Assembly (NCBI RefSeq): GCF_032191835.1
Contig: NC_083240.1
Span: 37,758,001-37,822,000, forward strand
Reading direction: 5' to 3'
Length of the DNA: 64,000 nucleotides
Source of the DNA: Heteronotia binoei
Lineage: Eukaryota
In this document: one piece after another, positions 11,392 to 23,168 of the stretch
How positions within the stretch are numbered: position 1 is the first letter of the stretch
Layout: the number at the start of each line of letters is the position of its first letter
Notes under the pieces: model-generated
Databases searched by the model: none
Told to the model about the DNA's origin: nothing
Seen by the model: only the letters and a program-made list of their open reading frames with translations
Made by a program: the position numbers and the translations under genes

Positions 11392-11997
11392 GAAATGCTT
11401 AGGTTAAAAGCAGTAAAGGAGGGAAATGTAGCCCAAATTAAGCACTTAATTAATACCCCATTCATTTTAATGGATAAATTGGACTGAGCAGCACCATGCT
11501 GTGCTTTTTAAGTAAGCTCCATTCATCCTGACGAAATTTACTTCTCAGCACACATGTAGAGGCTCTGGCTGCAAATCTCTCCCACTGAAATAAATTTAAA
11601 TTACTTAGCTTTTGGCTGGATACAAGAATCTAAAGCCAGCTTTCATAAGTGAATGGGGGAAGAGAAGGGCTGTGTCCTGGAGTGTGGGAAATCAGAATGT
11701 TCAAACTAGTTTAAGATGTCGGTGAAAGATCAGGTTCTGGTTTAGCAAGACATCTAAGAAAAATAAGCTGAGATCTACACCAAGGGTGGTGGGCACTTTG
11801 GTTCAGATTTCCCCTCTGCCAAGAACAGACTCTGTCTCAGCCTTAGCTCCTCCCTCATACAGGTTAGTAATACTGGCCTACCTTCTAAGACTGGCTTGTA
11901 AGGATTACAACAAGATAGCATGTGTAGAGTGCTTTTGGTTTGAGAATTTATATACAAATGACATTAGCTCCCATGTTTTTGGTTTTTTTAAAACCAG

Positions 11998-12108
11998 ATC
12001 ACTGTTTTTTTGCTGAAAGAGATTGACTTTAATTATATTCCTGTCCTTGTTGGAAGCTCTGTCGCTGGGATTTTGGTCTTGGCTTTTATTGTTGTTATCC
12101 TTTATAAG
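11998..12108 (+). CDS. ITGAE: Integrin alpha-E transmembrane exon (ITVFLLKEIDFNYIPVLVGSSVAGILVLAFIVVILYK)
   Basis: ccag/GTAAG boundaries, 111 nt; hydrophobic TM helix ending in K before the GFFKR exon. Confidence 0.95.
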
Positions 12109-13019
12109 GTAAGCATCAATCTTTCCTTACACGTCAAGTGTTTAATTCTCTTTCAGCTGTGTATATTTTAGGACTGCTATGTTGTTATTAGTGATAGGCT
12201 GACTTTCTCTGTTTTAATCTTAGTGGGAATTAAAAAAACCCCCACTGCCAATAGAATTTAATAAAGAGTTAGGGTCCCCAAATTAGGCTCTCTCCAACAC
12301 CTTTTCTGGTGTTTTTAGGGAGTAGTTGGGACATGGTAGGCTTCTGATTTACTATTGACTAAGCCACAGTTCTGTCAGAACTGTTCTCTCAAGAGCAGCT
12401 CTCTCAGCCCCACCTACCTCACAGCATGTCTGTTGCGGGAAGGGGAAAGGAAGGAGATTGTAAGCCTCTCTGAGACTCCCAGTGAATCAAGTCTCCTTCT
12501 CCTCCTCCTTTGATTGGCTGTGCAGATTTTTTAAAATGTTGTTTGGGAAGAAGCTTCCACCACAGCGCAAGGATCTTCACTGTATTACTGAAGTTAAGCT
12601 GTGGCAGCTATTTTGTTGCTTGCATCCACCGTGCTGTGCCAGAATGCCAAATGTGCCTACAGGCTCCAAAAGGTAGGGACCCCTCAAATGAGACTGGGAA
12701 GTAGAAAATGAGGGCAACAGTGATTTGTGCAGAGCTGGGGCCTTTTTTTGAGCAGGAATGCACAAGAACACAGTTCCAGCTGGCTTGGCATCAGGGAGTG
12801 TGGCCTAATATGCAAATTAATTCCTGCTGGGTGTTTTCTAAAAGCCCTGTGTGAAACAATGGTGATGTCAGAAGGTGTGGCCTAATATGCAAATGAGTTC
12901 CTGCTGGGCTTTTTCTACAAAAGAAGCCCTGTTCAGAGCTAACTTCTTGCAGGTGTGGAAGTGAACAAAGAGTACGAGTCCCGGCTTTCCAGCTGTCGGA
13001 ATGGCTTGTAGATGCTTAC

Positions 13020-13341
13020 GAATACTTGCCTCCAATTCAATTGATTCAATTTCCCATATTATGCTTGATTGCCAATTACACACAGAGTCTCGTAACAAAC
13101 TTCTACCCTTATACTCTGATCTATTTAGAAACCAATATAGCACAGTTCGATATCTGCTCAGTGATACTTTTACAGAAACTATTAATACGGTAGCTAAATT
13201 TTTAGCAGAAGCAGTTGTTTTTAGATATAGGCTTTTTATATGAATTGTACTTTTTGGGATGAATTTTTATCACTGGAAGTGTATGTTGCAATGTATCTTT
13301 TAATACTGTTATGCCATTAAAGGTATTTTGATTTGATTTGA
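13020..13341 (+). mobile_element. LINE 3' end, sister copy of 10770-11391
   Basis: Close similarity to 10985-11391 without the MITE. Confidence 0.75.
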
Positions 13342-13381
13342 CTGAGCTATAATGCATATTTCTGTTTCTTCTTGTTTCCAG

Positions 13382-13438
13382 GGTGGCTTTTTCAAAAGGA
13401 ATTACAAAAAAATGTTAGAAGATCAGCGCAGATCCTAA
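13382..13438 (+). CDS. ITGAE: Integrin alpha-E terminal coding exon (GGFFKRNYKKMLEDQRRS*)
   Basis: tttccag acceptor; integrin alpha GFFKR signature; TAA stop. Confidence 0.95.
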   Translation, partial: GGFFKRNYKKMLEDQRRS

Positions 13439-13764
13439 GTGAGGCAAGATTCCAATTATAGGGGAAATCACCCAGGAACTCCCTTGGGCTGTATAGAAAA
13501 AAAGAAAAATCCAACTTATCCAAGCTGAAAAAAGCTTCCGATTCTGACTTGGCACCATTTACTTCTGATCTGGGAATTTTACAGAGTGGGGAGTTGGATG
13601 AGCTGCAGAGCCAGCCTGAGCAGAGTTATGCTCTTTGTCCATTTAACTTTGAGCTTAGAAAGGTGTGACTTTGCTTGGGTTTGCAGTGAGAATCATTCAC
13701 TTGCTTAGATTGCAAGTGGTTTGGATTTTAGCACGACTTGGTCAAATGTGGCCTCTTCTGGCTG

Positions 13765-13770
13765 AATAAA
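13765..13770 (+). terminator. Candidate ITGAE polyadenylation signal AATAAA
   Basis: First canonical AATAAA noticed after the ITGAE stop (about 330 nt downstream). Confidence 0.5.
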
Positions 13771-14193
13771 AAAGAAAGTTTACGTCACGATCAGAATGAG
13801 TGTAATGTGCATGACCCAGGGACCTTGAGGTGTTTCTGCTACAGCTTTTGCTGTGATGTTAGACCTATGTGCTGTGTAAATGAATCCGGATGGCAGTGTC
13901 CCTTTGTACCAGGCACACCAGTGTCCTGTAGGGGGCCAGGTCAGATCCTTCCTCTTCTTGGTTCTGCTGCTGTCTGTTTACCCAACATGCTAATCTCTTC
14001 CTTCAAGCTTGACTTCCTTCAAGCTTCTTCCTTTCCTGTCTTTGTTTTCCCTCTCTGACCTCCTTGAGACCAACATGTGCTGTCCCTGAGAATCAAACTA
14101 GATGTTATGGGCGACATGAGCTGGGGAACGGGTGCCTGACTTGCTGTCACACATACTGAACGATCCAAGTGGGCAGTTGTGTCGGTCTGAAGT

Positions 14194-14278
14194 TGTTGAA
14201 CAAAGCAGGAGTCAAGTGTTACCTTTAAGACCAAGTTTTGGTCTTAAAGGTGCAACTTGACTCCTGCTTTGTTCAACA
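14194..14278. repeat. 85-bp near-perfect palindrome from an inverted Penelope-type tail
   Basis: 41-bp arms, 3-nt loop, one small internal mismatch. Confidence 0.9.
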
Positions 14279-16639
14279 TATTGAATGGCGGAACTGACCT
14301 TGAAAGGGCTCCATGGTGCCATTTGGCTCCTGCAAAGGAGGGGGAAGGGCTTCTGGTTTCTCTCCCTTACTGTTTTCATTGGGAGGCCTTGTTTGCCTCT
14401 TCTGGAGGAGTCAGCTGGTATTAAAGCCTCTCCTCACCTCTGCCCATTATTGGTGTTCTTCTGAAGCCTGGAGAGAGCCCTGGCAGAAGTAACCCTGTCT
14501 GCCTGCTGCCAGTCTGTAGCTGGCTTTTCTCAACGAGGCTGGGAGAAATGTGGTTTCCGGCACCAGCCAGTGAAATGGCCCTGTCCCTAGAGGAAGGATT
14601 TCATGGGAGGCGGAGTGGCCTGGCAGTGCCAATAATTGGCCTCTAATTAGACTGATGTGTGCCTGCGTGGAGGGCTCTTAGCATGCCTCCCCAGGGTGCA
14701 TCTGTAGACAGAACAGTTGCTCATTAAGGGTGACTTAAGGGATTCAGAGCCGTTCTGGAGCTCCTCTGGGTATGGTTTGTTTTTAATGACTTCTGATTTG
14801 CAAAAATCATTTTTTTTTAAACTTGAGATTGTTTTTACACCCTGCCCGGCCTTCACTGCCCAAAGCGGCTTACAATCTCCTTTCCCTTCCCCTCCTCACA
14901 AGACACAGCTTTGGATGGAATAGGGCAGCTAGCTCATCTTTTGGTGGTGCTGAAGCTAAAAGAGGTTCTGGAGGGGGTACCAAGTATGGCAGGGGTGTCA
15001 AACTCATTTGTTATGAGGGCTGGATCTGACATAAACGAGACCTTGTCGGGCCGGGCCATGTCAGGCCAGGATGGGCCATGTCAGTCTGGGCCATGTGTGT
15101 ACCTATTTAAGATTAGGTAGCAGCAGGGTTTTTTTTGAGCAGGAACGCAGTTCCAGCTGGCTTGGTGTCAGGGGATGGGGCCTAATATGCAAATGATTCC
15201 TGCTGGACTTTTCCCACAAAAAAGCCCTGTGAAACAATGGTGACATCAGGGGGTGTGGCCTATTATGCAAATAAGTTCCTGGGTAGCAGATATATAAACT
15301 TCATAAAGGACACAAACACTATTAATTTAAAAAAAAACTTGAAACATGCTTAAAACATTAGCACTCATTGATTATAAAGGTACTTTCCTTGTATTTCTCC
15401 CATTGATCCGGGGAACTGGGCAAAGGCAGCTCTGGCTCTTTCCTTCCTTCCCCAGGGGACTGGTGGGGGAAGAGCCTCAGCCAATAGAAGAGAGGCTTGG
15501 CTAGCCCTGCTGTGTGATTGAGAGAGCCTGGCAAAGCAAGCTCTGCCTCCCCTAGGAAGGAGCCTCAGCCAATGGAGAAAACAGAGGTTTTGCTCTGTGG
15601 CTTCTGTGAGCAAGCCTGGCAAAGCAAGGTGTTATTGCATTAGGAAACAAGAGAGGGTAAAGGAAGCAGGTGACAGCCAGTTGCTTGGGGGCCTGATAAG
15701 AGCCCTCCAGCCACACCCCTGAAGTAGGGGATGCTAAAGCCTCTCCTCAGCTCCACCCATTGTTCCTGTTCTTCTGGAGCCTGGAGCAGAGCAAGCTCAA
15801 GAGCAACAAGTTCAAAAATCAGGGCCAGCCTTGAGCAACCACAGCAACTGGACTCCCTACATCAGATCAAAAAGTAAGGATCCTAAGAAATAATGTGATC
15901 CACCCCCTCTTTTAAGGTGACACTCTGTGGGAGGCTGAAAGAGCTCCTTTTAAAAAAAACCCAGTGATCTGCAACTGCATACGATGCAGCAGACACATAC
16001 GAGAAATCAAAAAGAACCCCTGCACCTCGCGTTTGTCTTCACATCTCCAATAAAGAAATTACGTTGAAGTTGTAAAAGCTACCACCCACCAATTCCTCTC
16101 CCCCTCCTCAGAAACAGTCCATTCTACTTCGGGATGGGGGTGGGGAGGGCATTTTCTTTCTTGTCTCCGTTCTCTACCCACCACACATTTATTCAAAAGG
16201 AAGCCTCCCTGAATTCAACGGGCCACACATACAGCCAAGCAAAGAGAGTTGGGGTGTAGTGGTTAGAACACCAGCCTAGGATCTGGGAGACTCAGGTTGA
16301 AATTCCTGCTCCATCATAAAAGCCTGCTGCAGTGACCTTGGGTTGGTCTCGCTTTCACTTACCTCGCAGGGTCGTTGACACCCCTGCCACACTCTCGCTT
16401 TCACTTACCTCGCAGGGTCGTTGCGAGGATGAAATGCAGGGGAGCAACGCAAGCTGTTTTGGGTCCCCATTGGAGAGAAACGTGCACAGCAGTTTGATAT
16501 CCCGCCCCCCAACATTTGTATCCCTTTCTGCCCTAACAAGGACCACTGAGGTGGCTAACGATTGAAAACATACATAATAAAAGTTGCATTTCCAACCCAT
16601 TAAAACCCATCCCCCTCCTAAACACCTCCTTGAAGGACG

Positions 16640-17050
16640 AGGGCCCAGGCATTTGACAAGATGTCTGCTCGGTGCTGCAGCAGTCGATAAGGCCAACTCT
16701 GTGTTGAGGATTATTAGAAAAGGAATTGAAAAGGAAAACGCCAGTATGGTAATGCTCTTTTAGGGAATTAGGATGCATCATTAGGAGAACCCGATCTCTC
16801 TCAAAAAAGATATTGCAGAACTGGAGAAAATGGCAAAGGGAGCAACCAAAATGATTAAGAAGTTGGAACATTTTCTTATGAGGAAAGGCTGAATAGTCTA
16901 GGGCTTTTCAGTTTAGAAAGGCACAACAATTGGAGGGACATGATACAGGTTTATAAAATTATGCATGGAGTTAAGAGGGCAGAAAGAACTTTTTTCTCCA
17001 AAAATATTAGAAATTGAGGGCATCCAACAAGGCTATAGATTCAGGATAGC
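16640..17050 (+). mobile_element. Degraded CR1 fragment
   Basis: aaggccaactctgtgttgaggattattagaaaaggaattgaaa and atgaggaaaggctga CR1 motifs with frameshifts. Confidence 0.8.
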
Positions 17051-19434
17051 CAACTTCTTTATTTAAGAATTTCTTTTGGCTAACAATCATGTAAGAAGAC
17101 CAAACCAGTGGTCCATCAAAGCCAGCATCCTGATAGAGGACGGGGCTTTCCACCGATGTTGCCGCCTCTCTTTGGTCACAATGGCTAGTAACCATTGTAT
17201 TTCCCCCACTTCCTCTTTGCAAGGTTTAAGCTCTTTACGGTGTTTCACCTTCTGTCTATGAGTCTGCATCATCCACTTATAAAGCCATCGAAACTCACGG
17301 CCACCTCTGCATCCAGCAGCGAACTCCACAATTAAATCTCCTGTTGAATAAAAGAACTATTTCCTTTTTAAAATGTTATTATATTGATAACCTCCCCGCA
17401 AAATGGGCTTGTCCATCTTAAGAGCTCTCCTGGTTTGCAGGTCGCTTGTTTCACACCCAAAATGCAGCCAAAACCACGTGCAGACATAATATCTGCAGTC
17501 AGCTCACTCTTGCAAGTCTGGGAAGAGAATGAGTGGCAGGCCTTTGGCCATGTGCCTAGCCCAAAGAGGTTATTTGTAGAAGCATGTCTGAGAAGCGGGA
17601 GAAAGGACTGTTCAAGGGCAGTTCGGCCCCAAACATTCTTTCCTGGCATGTTAATCTAGCTGGACACCATTAAATCCCCAAGCGTAGCTTTTTTTCAAGC
17701 TGTTCTGGCCTTTGCCAGTGAGAGTCAGTCAAAGTGTGGGTTGCTATGGTTTTGAAGGAGGATGTGGGAAGTGTAGAAAAGGAAGAGCATTTGGAGAAGA
17801 ATAGATTCCAGCCTGGTGTGTTGCTCCTTCAGAGAGCAAAAATCACATGCCGGGTGGGGGCCAGGGACACGTCTGAGATGCCACCTCCTTGTTCCCAGGT
17901 TTGGGACTGGCTAGTGCAAGAACCGCCATCACAGCTTGTGCAAGTAGATTTAGATTTATTGGATTTCTATCCCACCCTCTCTCCGCCAAAGCAGGCTCAG
18001 GGCGGCTCACAACAGTAAACAGTAATAATTCAATAAGTACCGAGTTAAACACAGACAATTCATAAAATTAACAAGCTAAACAATTAAAAAGTGTGGTGCT
18101 AATGTCATTTGATTCATTCAGTGCTCTTTAGGTATCCTGATGTTTCTGTATCAGCAGTTCAAATGAAAGGCGAGCTGGAATAATGTTGTCTTACAGGCCT
18201 TGCGGAGCTGGGCGAGGTCCCGCAAGGCCCTAATCATGGGGAGTCAAGAGTGTAAAGGTGCTGCTGGAAATGCTTTCATTCTGAGGGTGGATATTTTTTT
18301 TTACCATATTAACATCCTCCCTTCTTCTAGTGTGAGATTAAAGATGGTATACATGTAAGAGATCCCAGGAGGTCTCCCAGCCAGGTACTGTCTACATCCT
18401 GACCTGCTTAGTTTCTGGCAAGGTTCCCATGTCATGTGACCTCATTCCTAACGTTCTGTCTCTTTAAGCACTTCCTGCATCACAGCACAGAAACTGTAGA
18501 TATCTGATCTGTGTGTAGGAGACTTGTCAAGGATCATTTCCGGGGAGCACCACCTGAACAGCTGAGAGGGGATGGGCACCCCGGGTCAGCTTGCTGTGTT
18601 CTCCGCCATCCTTGCTTTCAATCATGTACTCTGTAGTAGATGACTCTGGGAGAAAATCTGAACCTGGTTTTCCCAAATCATAGTTCAGCAATATACCACT
18701 GTGGTTTCCTGGTGAAAAAGAAATGGGAAAGAGCCAATAAGGACTGGCCTCCTGCCGATGTGCATCCCGTGATGACTGGTTTTAAGGATACCCCCAGGAT
18801 TTCCTGCAGTGTAACTGGAAAAACCTCTGGTCCCTCTAGGGTTGCCAGATCTGAGCTGGGAAATACCTGGAGATTTGGGGGTGGGGTTTGAGGAAGGGAG
18901 GAACCTCAGCAGGGTAACGCCCTAGAGTCCCCCCCTCCAAAGCAGCCATTTTTTCCAGGGGAACTGATCTTGGTCATCTCGAGAGCAACTGTAATAACAT
19001 GGGATCTCCAAGTGCCTCCTGGAGGATGGCAACCCTAGGTCCATCCAATTTCTTGGCAGGGGCGTTTCCAGGCCTTGCCTGATTTGACTCCCTTTCTTAT
19101 TTCAAAAGGACGTGAAACTCTTCCTTTTAGGATTACCAAATGAAAGTTGAGGTTGCCTAGTGCTGAAAAATCCCCTTCCTCTTTAAAAACGAATAGCTGC
19201 AGAAGCACAAAATATGGGCAGCCTCAATCAGCATCTGTTCAATAATAACCAGGTTGCCACAATGCTCAACCCTCTGAATTATTACGTCTCTGAGTAGAGT
19301 TGCCAACCTCCAGGTAGTGGCTGGGGATCTCTCACTAGCCAACCCACAACCAGGCTCAGCTATGGGGGTATCTGAAGTGAGCAGTGACTCACAAAAAGTT
19401 CCTACCTTGCCACAAATTTCTCTAGTCTTTAAGG

Positions 19435-19991
19435 CAGGGGTGTCAAATATGCGGCCCGGGGGACAAATCTGACCTTCAGAGGGCTCCTATTAGGCCCACT
19501 AGCAACTGGCTGATGTCTGCTTTATTCTGCATCACAGCTTGCTTTGCCAGGCTTGCTCAATTGCACAGGAGATACAGAGTAAAGTCTCTATTTTCTCCAT
19601 TGGCTGAAGACTCTTCCCTTTGGGAGGAAGGGGGAGGAGAGCTTGCTTTGCCAGGCACAGTAGAGCTGAGCCAAGCCTCTCTTCCTTCTATTGGCTGAGG
19701 CTCCTCCCCCTCCTGGTTCCCTAGGGAAGGAAGGAAAGAGCCATAGCTTCCTTTGCCCAGTTCCCTGGGCCCCATGGAAGAAATGCAAAGAAAGCACCTT
19801 TAAGACTGAAGCGTTAATATTTTAAGGATGTTTTAGGGTTTTTAAAAAATTGTCTTTTATAATGTTTATATCTCTGCTACCTTTTCATAAATAGGTACAC
19901 GCATGGCCTGGTCCAATCCAACATGGCTCAGCCTGACAAGGTCTTATTTATGTCAAATTCGACCCTCATAACAAATGAGTTTGACACCCCA
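19435..19991. mobile_element. About 550-620-bp hAT non-autonomous element (TIR CAGGGGTGTCAAA)
   Basis: TIRs at both ends; relatives at about 14990-15700, 24895-25190, 26000-26447, 42146-42766. Confidence 0.8.
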
Positions 19992-21189
19992 GATTTTATG
20001 TGCTCCTGGGCCCTTGCTCTTTTCTACCTTGTTCCCCAGCTGATGTTATTGACCTCTGTGCCACAGAAAGCATCACCTCCTCATATCCACTTCACAGTCA
20101 CATTTGTTCCTACCTTCTTTGTATAAAAGTTTGTATTTTCTTCCTCCCTGCAATATTTAAGCTCCTTAAGGTGTTCACAATAATTTCCTTTTGCCAACCT
20201 GTTTCTCCAATTCTGCAGCCAGAGTGGATTTCTGCATCCTCACAGCATTATCTGCTATAATGAATTCCTCCTCCGTTTTTGAAATTTTTTTCTTCTAGAA
20301 TTTTGTGGTCTTCTCCGGATGCCATCATTATCGCACGCTTGATGAATGAATAAATAAATAGTAATTTAATGCCCCTATAAGGCTTCATCTCATTCTATTT
20401 TTTTTTTTAAACATGGGGTTGGGGAGAGACATTTTTGAGCACAAATGGCAGCTCAAAAATTGGAGGGGCGGTCCTGCAGGCAGTCTGACAACTCCCCATT
20501 TATACACCCCAGTGGGGTGTCTAATGGAGGCAGAAAACTCGGGGCTGCCTTTGACACGGCAAAAGCAGACGATCTAGCTCCCCCCACCATTTAAACGACC
20601 CACTGGGGTGTTTATATGGGGGGGGGGGAAAGCCTCAGGGCTGCTTTTGCTGCAGCAAAAACAAATCATCTGTGCAAAAACACTATGTAAACTTATTCAG
20701 GGGTGGCCAAGGGTAGCTCTCCAGATGTTTTTTGCCTACAACTCCCATCAGCCCCAGCCAGCATGGCCAATGGCTGGGGCTGATGGGAGTTGTAGGCAAA
20801 AAACATCTGGAGAGCTACCGCTGACCACCCCTGTTATATGTAATACTCCATCAAATGCATATAAATCGTATTGCATTGCTATGTCTTGCAGTACAAAACG
20901 TTCATAATTCCAGAACAGTACAAGATCAGCACACCAATCATCATCTTCAGACGCTTGTATCCTTTCCTTCGATAGGTGCAGAGACCCCACTGACTGTATT
21001 CTTTGTAGGTCTATACAAGGATTGCTATTCAAAGCAGAGGGATCGCCCTGAAATCCCATCCCCAGAGCCGTTTTCTTGCCAATTGACCTCTCCCGCGAGC
21101 AATGTCGCCAGATCTTCATTTGCAGCGCTTGATATGCGTGGTAAATAAAAAATAGTAAATTAACAGCTAATTTCCTGACCACCCGCACC

Positions 21190-21850
21190 CCCCTCTGACT
21201 GACAACGTCTGGCAGGTAACCGTTGGAGGAGAGAACGCGTCCCCCTTGCTCCGCCTCCAAAAGTAGTTCCTCCAGCTCCGCCTCCTCCCGCCCGTTAAAG
21301 AAGAAGCCCAGCCCCTTTCCTCTCCTGGCGCGCTCCCCCAGCCCAACCCTCTGACTGGCAACGTCTCGCAAATAACCGTTGGCAAGAACGTGGCCCTCTT
21401 GCTCCGCCTCGAAAAGTAGTTCCGCTCCGCGCAGCCGCCCCGAGGGATAGACGTTCCCTGCTTCGAACGAGCGACCGTTGAGGAGGCTCCTCCTTCTCCC
21501 CCAACGGCTCCTCCCGCCCGTTAAAGACACCCAGCCCCTTTCCTCTCTTGGCCACGCCCCCTCCTTACCCAGACTGAGAACGTCTGGCAAAGAACCGTTG
21601 AGGAGAACGTGGCCCTCTTGCTCCGCCTCGAAAAGTAGTTCCGCTCCGCGCAGCCGCCCTGAGGGAGAGACGTTCCCTGCTTCGAACGAGCGACCGTTGA
21701 GGAGCCTCCTCCTTCTTTCCCGACGGCCCGTTAAAGACACCCAGCCCCTTTCCTCTCTTGGCCACGCCCCCTCCTTACCCAGACTGAGAACGTCTGGCAA
21801 AGAACCTTTGAGGAGAACGCGGCCCTCTTGCTCCGCCTGGAAAAGTAGTC
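21190..21850. repeat. GC-rich tandem repeat, about 3.5 diverged units of about 155-220 bp, upstream of DNLZ
   Basis: Recurrent blocks cttgctccgcctcgaaaagtagttcc and cccgttaaagacacccagcccctttcctctc; last two copies near identical with 210-bp period. Confidence 0.95.
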
Positions 21851-21877
21851 CCCCTTCTCCTTCTCTTCAGGGGCGAA

Positions 21878-22342
21878 ATGGCGGGCTCGGGGCGGCTGCT
21901 GCTGCCGCTGCTGGGCCGGCTCGTGCTTGTGGGGCCGCGCCGGGCCGCGCTGCCTGGGGCACTCCAGAGAGGCTTGGGGGGCGGTGGCGCGGCTGTGGCG
22001 GCATCTCCGCGCCTCGGCCTGGCCTACACGTGCAAGGTGTGCGGGGGGCGGGCGGCGCAGACGGTGTCGCGGGCGGCCTACGAGAGGGGGGTGGTGGTGG
22101 CCACCTGCCCCACCTGCCGGAGCCGCCACCTCATCGCCGACAACCTCGGCTGGTTCGCCCACCTGCCCGGCGGCCGCAGGAACGTCGAGGAGATCCTGGC
22201 GGCGAAAGGGGAGACGGTGAAGCGGGTCGTGGGCGGCCAGGAGGACTTGGAACTCTTCCTCGAGGACTCCGACAAATCCCCGGCCCAGGCCTCGGGAAGG
22301 GCTGGAAGAGAAGCTTTGGCGCCTGGGAAAGATCCAGAGTGA
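21878..22342 (+). CDS. DNLZ: DNL-type zinc finger protein (Zim17/Tim15/HEP1 mtHsp70 escort chaperone), intronless copy, 154 aa
   Basis: YTCKVC...CPTC...[11 protein letters not shown]...[12 protein letters not shown] zf-DNL signature; Arg/Leu-rich N-terminus without acidic residues; good Kozak (gaaATGG); no introns or disablements. Confidence 0.9.
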   Translation: MAGSGRLLLPLLGRLVLVGPRRAALPGALQRGLGGGGAAVAASPRLGLAYTCKVCGGRAAQTVSRAAYERGVVVATCPTCRSRHLIADNLGWFAHLPGGRRNVEEILAAKGETVKRVVGGQEDLELFLEDSDKSPAQASGRAGREALAPGKDPE

Positions 22343-23168
22343 TTAGGGTGGGTTTAAATAGTAAAAAAACCCGCTCTGAACAATTCTATATGGAAATAAT
22401 TTTTCCACACATTTTTCTATTCTTTTAAACATGCATATTTCATTAGAACTCAAAATATACAACTTACATTGTAAAAAAACCCCACTGTGAACGTTTATAT
22501 ATTCAAATAATTTTTGCACTCTCAGGTTTTTTTTACAATTTAAACCAATCTATACACTGTGGTTTCCGGTTTGTACTAATCCCCAGGTGGGGCCAGGGAA
22601 TCCCCTGGTCTGGAGCACCCCCACCCCTTCAGGGTCATCAGAAAGCAAGGGGGGGCGGAATGCCTGCTGGGCATTCCATGGTTGCCTATGGAGACCGATG
22701 CTCATAGAGTATAATGGAGAATTGATCTGGGGCTGGGGGGGAAGCTGTTTTTTTAGGTAGAGGGACCAAATTTGCAGCGAAGCATCCAGTGTGTCTCCTC
22801 AAAATACCTTCCAAATTTAAAAAAGATTGGACTAGGGGGTCCAATTCTATGAGTCCCCAAAGCAGGTGTCTTCCCTATTTCCAGTGGAGGGAAGACCTTT
22901 AAATCTGATAGCCCAGAACTCCCTTTGGAGTTCAATTATGCTTGTTAGAACCTTGCTCCTGGCTCCACCCCAAAGTCCCCAGATATTTCTTGAATTGAAT
23001 TTGGCAATCCTAGATTAGGGACTCTCTTGCCTTTGGACGGGACAGCCCCTTTTGTTTTTCAATGTGAAGAGAGACTTTATGGAAATCTCCGTTCCAGTGT
23101 TTCAGACTTTTCCTACTGTTTCCTGATAAATGCCCCCTTTTCGTATGAGAATTGAAGGGGGGGGGAGT

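Noticed and set aside
20748-21800. 350-aa minus-strand ORF with repeated EAEQEGHVL units
   Set aside because: It starts at TTG with no in-frame ATG back to the upstream stop at 21867. It runs through a purine-biased GC-rich tandem repeat, and one unit shifts frame relative to the others, so it is probably incidental
21478-22428. 316-aa ORF overlapping DNLZ in another frame
   Set aside because: TTG start in the tandem repeat and GC-rich shadow frame; the zf-DNL motifs are in the 21878 frame
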